A DNA stretch of 43,815 bases from Alphaproteobacteria bacterium. Lineage in GTDB: Bacteria; Pseudomonadota; Alphaproteobacteria; M2410. Both the position numbers and the translations under genes were made by a program. The stretch is taken from positions 1-43,815 of the forward strand of contig JAJFIN010000106.1 in the NCBI GenBank assembly GCA_021774955.1, given 5' to 3'. Position 1 is the stretch's first letter, and every line of letters begins with the position of its first letter. Shown in pieces: positions 18,294 to 26,525 of this stretch. The notes beneath the pieces were generated by a model that saw nothing but the letters and a program-made list of their open reading frames with translations, made no database searches and had not been told where the DNA came from.

Positions 18294-18893
18294 ATTTATA
18301 GGGGTTTAATCGCAGAATTATACACGGAGATTCTGAGTGTAAAAAGTAAGACTAACGTTTATTTGGAACTTAAATTGTCTCAATTTTTATATTTCCCTGG
18401 GTATCTCACCCTTACATAAGAAGTCTAGGGCTGACTCGAACCTGCTCCCCATCGATGTATTTTGGTCACCCTTGTCTATCTTTCAACATCTATAATCTGG
18501 ATGTCATCGGCTTCCTTCATCAGATCAAGCTCAGTCAGAATGTCTTCGATTGTTGTAATTACATGAACGTGAGCGTTACGAGACATGACTGGACCGTAAC
18601 CTCGATCAACTAATTACTTTGCGGCTGATAAACTTCACGGCAGCCGTAACGCCACCGTGAAAGTTCAACCCGGAAAAACTCCAGCTGGGTGATCCAAACA
18701 AGAGGAGCGGGTCAAGTGCCAGAAACTTTATCAAGAAATGGCACATAAGAATGGATTTTACATCATCAGACAGTAGATAGTTTAGTCACTGTATCGTACG
18801 CAAACTTAACTACCAATTTGTGGGCACACAACCAATTTTATCAATTTGTACAAAGTACCATCACTTAAGCATTCTCATGTGCGTTGTGTGATG

Positions 18894-19406
18894 CTACCGA
18901 TTATGTAGCGACGCGAAGTGCGTAATCGCAAGTGCCGCAGCATTAAAGAGTCCCATTCGCGGATCTTCACTCATCCAAGGCTTTCGCACCGGGGGTAGCT
19001 TGTGACCCAGACCTTCAACACAATCCAATACAGCAAGTGCAATCTCATGACGCGTTTTGTCCTGTTCTCCGTAAAAGTGGTTGCTGACATCTGCACGGGT
19101 AAGGACTTTCACTTTGATGCCCTTTTTCTTGGCGAGTGATACCAAGGAGCGGCAGAGTTTTTGTATCCGTTGAGAGCGGCGTGAGGATATGCTTTCGTAT
19201 TCCTCCAATACCAGTACCCTCGGTTTATATTTATCAAGTAGCGTTTTGGCCTTTTTGATAGAGTCTCGGTTCTTATCCTTATGGACCGTCGCAATACCCC
19301 AATCGACTAGGAGTTCAGGACCCTCAAACAGCACCCAGCCAAAGCCTTTGGTAGTGGGATGGATTGCGAGAACCAGTTGGTTTCTGCCTACGATATTCTG
19401 CTTCAT
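18894..19406 (-). CDS. RuvC-like (RNase H fold) protein with substituted catalytic positions
   Basis: 170 aa. LAIHPTTKGFGWVLF aligns with the RuvC IDPG strand, VLVLEEYE with the RuvC Glu strand, and FNAAALAITH with the RuvC DAADALAIAITH helix. The Asp positions read His and Asn. Confidence 0.5.
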   Translation of the reverse strand: MKQNIVGRNQLVLAIHPTTKGFGWVLFEGPELLVDWGIATVHKDKNRDSIKKAKTLLDKYKPRVLVLEEYESISSRRSQRIQKLCRSLVSLAKKKGIKVKVLTRADVSNHFYGEQDKTRHEIALAVLDCVEGLGHKLPPVRKPWMSEDPRMGLFNAAALAITHFASLHNR

Positions 19407-19750
19407 ACGTCAGTTTGTTCACGCTCCAGGCGTGTGATGATTGACTTAATAAAGTCTCGTTTCGCAGCAGAAGCTGCGCCTTGTCTGGCAACGAGTCGTT
19501 CGAGGAGTTTTTCTGCTCTCGCGCAGGCGGCGCGTTCAATATTGGTGTAGAGGTGGGGAAACAACTCACATGCCTTCACGCCAAAGACGATCTCACATCC
19601 AATGATGAAATCCACGCTTGGTGTGCGCGTCAGAGACTCGTATTTTGAAATTACCGTTGACGTAAGGCCAAATAGAATTCCCAACTCCTCCTGCGTTAGT
19701 GCATTACGTCTTCGATACGTGTGAAGGTAGCTGGGAAGTGAATTAGGCAT
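19403..19750 (-). CDS. XRE-family helix-turn-helix protein
   Basis: HTH segment LTQEELGILFGLTSTVISKYESLTRTP. Its stop overlaps the start of the downstream gene by 4 nt. Confidence 0.75.
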   Translation of the reverse strand: MPNSLPSYLHTYRRRNALTQEELGILFGLTSTVISKYESLTRTPSVDFIIGCEIVFGVKACELFPHLYTNIERAACARAEKLLERLVARQGAASAAKRDFIKSIITRLEREQTDV

Positions 19751-19962
19751 ACAGTGTCATGCCACTCAGCAGCCGGTACGGGAGTGCTGTCTATTCTCTC
19801 AAAACAAAAACAGCGTGCGAAGGAGTAAAACCTTGGCACGCCGTCAACATTTTCCTATTGGGTATACGTTTTCTCACAGTGCTGGTAATTGTACCCGCTC
19901 CACCAATATTGACACCAATGGGCAAGCTGTGGTGTCAAAAAGTTACTCCTCCCGTTCTCAAA

Positions 19963-20157
19963 ATGAACGCGCAGAATAGGGCTATGGCAAAGAAAGCGAA
20001 GCTCCCTGGAGATCTTATTTTAGACCGGTATATGCAAAACGCAACAGAAGAGGAGCGACGTCAAGCCTATGAAAACCTTCGCTCGTTTGCAGTGGTACTC
20101 GCCCGCATTGATGCACGGCTGAAATACACAGAAGTTGATTCGCGTAAATCAATTTGA
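19963..20157 (+). CDS. Small hypothetical protein upstream of recombinase 2
   Basis: Internal Met of tracked ORF 19759-20157 (MNAQNRAMAKKAKLPGDL...). It ends 27 nt before the recombinase start. The start choice is uncertain. Confidence 0.35.
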   Translation: MNAQNRAMAKKAKLPGDLILDRYMQNATEEERRQAYENLRSFAVVLARIDARLKYTEVDSRKSI

Positions 20158-20184
20158 TGAGGTAGAGTCGAGTCATTCCAATGT

Positions 20185-21690
20185 ATGAAAAAGTATTTAG
20201 CGTACGTCCGCGTCTCAACGGTGAAACAAGGCGAGCGGGGGTCATCGCTTCAAGAGCAACGCAGCGCCATCGAGGCTTTTGCTCAACGGCAAGGGCTCAC
20301 CGTTACCACATGGTTTGAGGAAACCGAGACGGCTGCCAAGCAGGGAAGGCGCATATTTTCTCGCATGCTCCGGCTTCTTGAGCATGGCGAAGCAGACGGT
20401 GTCGTTATTCACAAGATCGACCGGAGCGCCCGCAACCTCAAAGACTGGGCAAACCTTGGCGAGCTCATTGATCGAGGCATCGATGTGCAATTTGTCCACG
20501 ACAGCGTTGATCTCCGTTCCCGAGGAGGCAGGCTCTCTGCTGATATTCAGGCTGTCGTCGCCGCAGACTATATCCGCAACCTTCGTGATGAGGTGCGCAA
20601 GGGGTTTTATGGCCGCCTCAAGCAGGGCCTCTACCCCTTACCTGCTCCGATCGGATACCTAGATAGGGGGCCGGGCAAGCCCAAAGAGCTTGACCCGGTT
20701 CGTGCACCACTGGTGCGCCAAGCCTTTGAGCTCTACAGTACCGCGACCGTTGGACTGAAAAAACTACGTATAGAATTGAACCGACGAGGTTTGCGGTCGA
20801 GAAGTGGAAAACCGCTTTCTCTCACTGGCCTCTCAACGATGCTCAACAACCCTTTCTACATGGGCCTGATCCGCATCAGGCGTACCAACGAAACATTTGA
20901 GGGTGTTCACCAGCCTCTGATCTCTAAAGCGCTCTTTGATCGTGTCCAAGCGATCCTTCGTGGGAAAACCGTTTCTCGAAGCGTCAAGTACGACTTTGTC
21001 TTTCGCCGCTTTGTTCGTTGTGCCTCCTGCAAATACCACCTGATCGGTGAACGACAAAAGGGTCATGTTTATTACCGCTGCCACAGTGAAGGGTGCAAGG
21101 GAACCTGTATTCGAGAAGAGGTTTTGGATGAGGTAGTACAAAGTGCCCTAAAGCTTTTAGTCTTCGATACTAAGGAGATGCAGGAACTCAGTGCACTTGC
21201 CGACGAGGCGAAAACGCGTGATGTGGGTGACACCGAGAAACTACGGGCATCAATCAATATGCGCCTCGTTAAATGCGAAGAGCGGATGGTACGTCTGACT
21301 GATGCCCTTGTTGATCGGCTTATTGACAAAGAGCTGTTTGAATCTCGCAAGCTTGCCTTGTTCAATGAGAAGCGGGAGTTGGCCGATCAATTAGAGAGAT
21401 TGTGTGATTCAGAGGCTCCGGCGAATGTAGCGTTCAAAAACCTCGAACTCGGAAATGTCGCGTATTCTGGATATAAAGAAGGAATTCCGCTTGAGCGCCG
21501 CGCAATCATAGAATCCGTTACCTCGAACCTTGTTGCGCAGAGAAAAAACCCAGTAATTAAAATGAAATCTCCGTTTCAAGAGATCATAAATTGGCGGAAA
21601 TCGTTAAACGGTGCACCGTATCGAGGCGACACTCGAACGAGAATGAAGCAGCTTCTTGCTATTCTAACGGAGGGTGACAATAAGACATAA
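20185..21690 (+). CDS. Large serine recombinase, copy 2
   Basis: 501 aa with YVRVSTVKQ, IHKIDRSARN, a recombinase domain and the zinc-ribbon Cys cluster CASCKY...CHSEGC. Confidence 0.9.
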   Translation: MKKYLAYVRVSTVKQGERGSSLQEQRSAIEAFAQRQGLTVTTWFEETETAAKQGRRIFSRMLRLLEHGEADGVVIHKIDRSARNLKDWANLGELIDRGIDVQFVHDSVDLRSRGGRLSADIQAVVAADYIRNLRDEVRKGFYGRLKQGLYPLPAPIGYLDRGPGKPKELDPVRAPLVRQAFELYSTATVGLKKLRIELNRRGLRSRSGKPLSLTGLSTMLNNPFYMGLIRIRRTNETFEGVHQPLISKALFDRVQAILRGKTVSRSVKYDFVFRRFVRCASCKYHLIGERQKGHVYYRCHSEGCKGTCIREEVLDEVVQSALKLLVFDTKEMQELSALADEAKTRDVGDTEKLRASINMRLVKCEERMVRLTDALVDRLIDKELFESRKLALFNEKRELADQLERLCDSEAPANVAFKNLELGNVAYSGYKEGIPLERRAIIESVTSNLVAQRKNPVIKMKSPFQEIINWRKSLNGAPYRGDTRTRMKQLLAILTEGDNKT

Positions 21691-21789
21691 TCTTACTCCG
21701 TCTGAATAACCTTTTTATGAGTTAGGTTTGTGCGTGTTGACCTGCCCTGAACTACCTCGAGTGATCATACAGCAAGATCTGAGCGTAGC

Positions 21790-22368
21790 CTATTTTGGCT
21801 GTTTTAAACCAGTTGGTACAGCACTCGCTACTGACTCAGCTTTGCGGTTACTAATGTAGCCCGTTATGTAATAAATCCAAAATGTGAGTAGTGATATATC
21901 TGATCTAACCATTACGACGTTAACAGAGATTATTTCTAAGCTCTCGTGTTCAGCGGGCGGGTTATTGTCGTCCTTGTGTCTGTAGTAATATCCTGCCCAA
22001 CAATTTTCACCAGGGCCATATCGGCGAAGATAGTATGCACCCTGACTATATACAGATTTATCAATCGGCCAAAATATACCAAAAAAGATTCTCCCAAGAA
22101 CACGGCCATAGCAGTGCCACCGCCTGTGTCGCTCGTTCTTTGGTTCGACTCGCCTCAACCTTCCATGAACCACTTCGCCTTTTTGCCGCAACAGAATAAT
22201 ATCTCTTTTTACAATTCTCCCTTCGTTATCAAATACTGCTGCGTCCCAATTACCCGACCCCTGGTTTCGGAATTCGGCAAATTTGGAAATCAACCAGGCA
22301 ATAGCAAGCAGAGCTATTCCACCAAGGATACTACCCACTACCCCATTGAAAATGTCAGACAAGTCCAT
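21790..22368 (-). CDS. Hypothetical protein with N-terminal TM helix
   Basis: 192-aa ORF with the TM segment VVGSILGGIALLAIAWLI. It lies 25 nt downstream of the HAD gene on the same strand. Confidence 0.55.
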   Translation of the reverse strand: MDLSDIFNGVVGSILGGIALLAIAWLISKFAEFRNQGSGNWDAAVFDNEGRIVKRDIILLRQKGEVVHGRLRRVEPKNERHRRWHCYGRVLGRIFFGIFWPIDKSVYSQGAYYLRRYGPGENCWAGYYYRHKDDNNPPAEHESLEIISVNVVMVRSDISLLTFWIYYITGYISNRKAESVASAVPTGLKQPK

Positions 22369-22393
22369 AGAGCGTTCCTCACACTACAAACCA

Positions 22394-23164
22394 TCAGTTC
22401 GGCAATTGCGGTGGATCCGAAACCCTTTGCCGATCGAAATGGGCTTCCAATATCGTATCTAAACTATCGATATGACTGCTCGCGGCAGAAAGCTCAAAAA
22501 TGTCACTTCTATTGCTTATGCTTGAGGCAAGTTCTCCAAATTCTTTGGAATTGGAGTCGTTCTTTACCAAGCAAACTATTTCAGAGCGCTCAAAGAGTGG
22601 CATATCAGAAGTCGTGTCGCCGATTGCGATCAAAGCACTGCTGACCGGACCAAGCTCAGCTGAAGTGGCAATTCTCTTGTCTCTTTTGGTGCCATGAGTT
22701 TTAACCTCGATTTCTCCGCTTATCGATTGAGCGATGGTCACACCATAAATTCGGTCTATTTGAAGCTTTTCAGAGTATGCGCTTAGAACAATGGAAGGTG
22801 CCCCACTTACTATAACTATGTCAGTGTTGCGACTTTTGATTGTCGAAAGTAAATCATGGGCAAACGGCATAAGCTTTCTGTCAGATTCCACAAATTCTGA
22901 GGCGGCATTTTCTAATCTTTCGACTTCTACGTCTCTAATTAGTTCTGCATATGCGTTAGCAGCAAGCACCACTCCTTCCTCATAGCTTATTTGACCACTA
23001 GCAAATGATTTATAGTGTGCTCTGAGCAAATCTTCATTTTTCCAATTCACGATTTGACGGGAAATCAAAAAATCTGCCCAATCGAAAATTAGATATCCTT
23101 CGCGTAAGGTGCCATCCCAATCGCAGAGACAAATATTCACAAATGGCTTTTTTGGTTTCCTCAA
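22394..23164 (-). CDS. HAD-superfamily hydrolase (HAD-IB/SerB-like)
   Basis: Motif I CDWDGTL, motif II VSGAP, motif IV GDTTSDMP. Confidence 0.75.
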   Translation of the reverse strand: MRKPKKPFVNICLCDWDGTLREGYLIFDWADFLISRQIVNWKNEDLLRAHYKSFASGQISYEEGVVLAANAYAELIRDVEVERLENAASEFVESDRKLMPFAHDLLSTIKSRNTDIVIVSGAPSIVLSAYSEKLQIDRIYGVTIAQSISGEIEVKTHGTKRDKRIATSAELGPVSSALIAIGDTTSDMPLFERSEIVCLVKNDSNSKEFGELASSISNRSDIFELSAASSHIDSLDTILEAHFDRQRVSDPPQLPN

Positions 23165-23396
23165 AAGCGTTCTCCAGATAGCGTGCCAGCTTACTCTGAT
23201 CCTACGATATCACATTTCTGGCCGTAACATTTAGTTATAGGGTTTAACGTAGGGCCTAGGATTTTCACCGAGTCGGTGAAGGGCTAATACTGGAGGAGAA
23301 TCTATGAGGGCGGTTGAGATTGTTGAAGGTCGTGTTCAGAAGCGGCTGTCTGTGCCGTTCATTGGCCATCTGGAAAAGAGCGCCAAATTATGGCGA

Positions 23397-23512
23397 CGGG
23401 GTAAATTCTTGCCGTAGTGTCAGGTGCACCTTATCGTAACAGCAATCGAACGCAGCTCATGCAGTTACTGACTACTTTGCTTGATCTAGCCAAGGAGGAA
23501 AAATCTCACTCC
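23397..23512 (+). repeat. Island structured repeat, copy A (~117 bp)
   Basis: Aligns with 26097-26213 and 29421-29539. Shared blocks are ACGGGGTAAATT, GTGTCAGGTGCACC, TCGAAC, GCCAAGGAGGAAAAATCT and a C-rich end. The two ends are imperfectly inverted. Confidence 0.7.
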
Positions 23513-23622
23513 AACACCTAAATCACACCTATTTCTAGCATCTGGCACGTTCTGCTTGCCAAGGTAGCAAATCGCTGTACGATGAAAACAGGCTCAGTCA
23601 GGTTTGATCAGTAGATCTATCT

Positions 23623-25647
23623 ATGAAGAAAATCGATTTACACGTTCATACAAAGTCAGCTGATAGAGAACGTTCAATCGTGTTCGATTTAGAGCGTCTC
23701 AGCGAGTACGTCCAAGTGCGTGAGATAGATTGTGTCGCAATAACCAATCACAATGAATTTGATCTCGTTCAGTTTGAGGAGATCCAATCAACTCTCAACA
23801 TCCTTGTTCTTCCTGGAATCGAGATGGACCTTGAAGGTAGTCAGATACTTCTCATTGGTGACGCATCTAACCTTGGTGATTTCGATTCAAAATGCCAAAA
23901 GATCCAAGAACGACAGCCGAACAAAAGAGATTCTGTTTCGGTCGAAGAGTTAAAGGAAATTTTCGGGGATCTATCCAAATATCTCTTGATACCGCACTAC
24001 GACAAGAATCCAGCTATTAAGGATGGAACACTTAATGCTTTGGGTCCTGACGTTAACGCAGGTGAAGTCGCGAGCCCAAAAAAATTCATGTACTGCATAC
24101 GCAATGACGACAAGCTTGTGCCGGTCTATTTCAGTGATTGTCGTATCGAAGAGTCTCTGACGGAATTTCCCATACGACAAACCTATATTTCGTGTGATGA
24201 ATTGAATTTATCGACCATTAAAAATTGTCTCCGCGACAAGAGTAAGGTTGCACTGTCCTTCAATGATGGGAACGATATTTTTCAAGTTTTTGATGATGGG
24301 CAGCATATATCAACAGGATTGAATGTGATTCTTGGTGAGCGTTCCACGGGGAAGTCGCACACCCTTAAGAGAGTCCGGGACGCGATATCAAACGCCAAGT
24401 ATTTGGAGCAATTTTCTTTAGTGGCAACCGACGATCAAGAGGACGAAAGACGATTCAACCGATTTCTGAGCGACAAACACAGTCTCTTCTCTCGAGAGTA
24501 TTTGGCAGAGTTACAACAAGTTGTGAATGATGTAGTCGAGATCGACCTTGACGCAGATTTGAGACGAGTTGATGTATACCTCAAGTCGTTAAAGAAACAT
24601 GCGAAAGAGTCGGAGAAACACGATGCATTTTCTCGGGCGAAGCTTTTCAGCGAAGAAAAATATCCAGATACCAAACAAACAGGACTAGAGGATTTGATTG
24701 GGTCTACCCAGAACCTAATTGAAAACGTTGAATTCAAAGACACGATTGAAAAGCATGTGTCAATTCAGCATTTGAAAGCGCTTATCGTCGAGTTGATGAC
24801 GCTATATGCAACAAGGGAACAAGAACGTCTAAAGAAAAGATGGGTTAACGAACTAGTTTCGGAAATTAAAGCCAAACTACAAGTACGAACCGCGGCTACA
24901 GTTATTACTGATCTTGATCTCTATGACATTGCGATGAACAAGGTTCGTGTTGAAAAGTTTGAGCGTATAGTGGAGGCAGCTAGAAAACCTAGGGAACTTT
25001 TGCGTAAACCATTGCAAGGCTTTGAACTCGTCGCGACAGCGGGCGAATTCGAAGGTGCTGGGCGGCTAAAAAGGCTAAGTCGTCTGACGGTAGCGTTTTC
25101 AGACGCGTATAAGGTTTATTCAGAACCTTATCGGTTTCTTCAGGCCCTCAAAGAGATTGATGGGTTGGCAGAACAGGATTTATACAAGTACTTTGTCAAA
25201 ATCGACTTCAAAATACTAAATCAAGACGGATATGAAGTATCTGGCGGTGAAAGATCAGAGTTCAATCTTTTGCAGGAAATTCAGGATGCCCAAAATAATG
25301 ACATACTTCTAATTGACGAGCCTGAGTCTTCATTTGACAACCTCTTCCTTAAGGACAGCGTCAATGAAATTATTCGAGAAATTGCCAAGAACATGCCTGT
25401 CGTTTTAGTTACTCACAATAACACTGTAGGGGCATCAATAAAGCCTGCGTATCTTCTTTATACGAGCAAAGAGATGGAGAACGGCAAGGTCGTTTATCGA
25501 ATTTATTCGGGGTTCCCAACAAATAAGCAACTGCAATCGATAGATGGGAAGGCTGTTAGTACATGGGAAGTGACGATGGGTTGTTTAGAAGCAGGGGTCG
25601 ACGCTTATAATGATCGAAGTAGAGGCTATGAAGATATTAAAGATTGA
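23623..25647 (+). CDS. PHP-domain phosphoesterase fused to an ABC/OLD-type ATPase (PplA-like architecture)
   Basis: PHP motifs IDLHVHTKSAD, VAITNHNEF, LPGIEMD and LIPHYDK. The ATPase part has Walker A GERSTGKSHT, ABC signature VSGGERSEFNL, Walker B ILLIDEPESSFD and H-loop VLVTHNN. Confidence 0.75.
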   Translation: MKKIDLHVHTKSADRERSIVFDLERLSEYVQVREIDCVAITNHNEFDLVQFEEIQSTLNILVLPGIEMDLEGSQILLIGDASNLGDFDSKCQKIQERQPNKRDSVSVEELKEIFGDLSKYLLIPHYDKNPAIKDGTLNALGPDVNAGEVASPKKFMYCIRNDDKLVPVYFSDCRIEESLTEFPIRQTYISCDELNLSTIKNCLRDKSKVALSFNDGNDIFQVFDDGQHISTGLNVILGERSTGKSHTLKRVRDAISNAKYLEQFSLVATDDQEDERRFNRFLSDKHSLFSREYLAELQQVVNDVVEIDLDADLRRVDVYLKSLKKHAKESEKHDAFSRAKLFSEEKYPDTKQTGLEDLIGSTQNLIENVEFKDTIEKHVSIQHLKALIVELMTLYATREQERLKKRWVNELVSEIKAKLQVRTAATVITDLDLYDIAMNKVRVEKFERIVEAARKPRELLRKPLQGFELVATAGEFEGAGRLKRLSRLTVAFSDAYKVYSEPYRFLQALKEIDGLAEQDLYKYFVKIDFKILNQDGYEVSGGERSEFNLLQEIQDAQNNDILLIDEPESSFDNLFLKDSVNEIIREIAKNMPVVLVTHNNTVGASIKPAYLLYTSKEMENGKVVYRIYSGFPTNKQLQSIDGKAVSTWEVTMGCLEAGVDAYNDRSRGYEDIKD

Positions 25648-25954
25648 AAACGGTAAGGGATTTTTTCGCATCTCGGCTGAAGCAGAGTGGCAGGAAATCG
25701 ACACCATCGATAAAGAAGGTCTTATCGTATTGTTAGATGCTTTTCTAACCTCTGATGCAGAAATGGATTTCCCAGAAGAAAACGACATTCAGAATCAAGC
25801 GCAACAAATTGTCTATAAAAGCATCTTTGAAAAACTTAGTAACCTTAGTGACAACAAGAAAAAATTCAAAGATGAAAGTGATCGAAAGTTCCTAAAGGAA
25901 ACGAGAAAATATTCCGATGGAGCTGAGATTGCCGATTCGACTCAAGAAGAATAG
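25610..25954 (+). CDS. Small acidic hypothetical protein overlapping the PHP-ATPase gene end
   Basis: 114-aa ORF with a 38-nt overlap with the upstream gene. No recognisable family. Confidence 0.45.
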   Translation: MIEVEAMKILKIENGKGFFRISAEAEWQEIDTIDKEGLIVLLDAFLTSDAEMDFPEENDIQNQAQQIVYKSIFEKLSNLSDNKKKFKDESDRKFLKETRKYSDGAEIADSTQEE

Positions 25955-26096
25955 TTCGGTTGCTTGATTTCCAAAGGGATGCAGCCTGATGCGAGCGAAG
26001 ATAAAAGAGAAGCGGCATTGAGTGGATAAGTTCCAGTCAATGCCGCTTCGAGACATAAGAATCAAAAAATTGCTCTGCAGAGTCGTAGATTTTGTC

Positions 26097-26213
26097 ACGG
26101 AGTAAATTCGGGCCAAATTGTCGAGTGCACCGCATCGTGTCGATCTTCGAACGAGGATCAAGCAGCTCTTCACTATCCTACTTGGCCTTGCCGAGAACGA
26201 AAAATCTAACCCC
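26097..26213 (+). repeat. Island structured repeat, copy B
   Basis: ACGGAGTAAATT...GTCGAGTGCACCGCATCG...TTCGAAC...GAACGAAAAATCTAACCCC. Same orientation as copies A and C. Confidence 0.7.
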
Positions 26214-26525
26214 AATCTGATTTGAAGCCCATTTGAAGTGACGAGCAACAGACCAGGCGGGGTCGAATGTTCGTGTTAGGGCAATAGTTGTGTGCTTGCA
26301 GTTTGCAATTGCGAATCTTTAGCTCACTTGACAAAGTTCAAATTCATGAGAGAATTAATCTCTGTACAGAATATATTGCTGCTAAAACGTGCTTATTAGA
26401 TGAGTGTGCAGGGAGTTTTGCCAAAAATTAATTTCATATGCCTATGCAAGAATACATAAAAATATTTGAAGAACTGGGTGAAGCCGTATCCAAGACATTA
26501 GACGAACAAATGCGAGAAGAGCTGA

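Noticed and set aside
18428-18450. tRNA-like T-loop sequence (reverse complement contains GGTTCGAGTC)
   Set aside because: The flanking 5-mers do not pair as a T stem, and no acceptor or anticodon arms can be built. It is probably chance or a decayed fragment.
21946-22644. 232-aa plus-strand ORF, and 27721-28341 (206 aa, plus strand)
   Set aside because: They lie antisense to the TM/HAD genes and the TPR-like gene respectively. Their composition is poor and no motifs are present.
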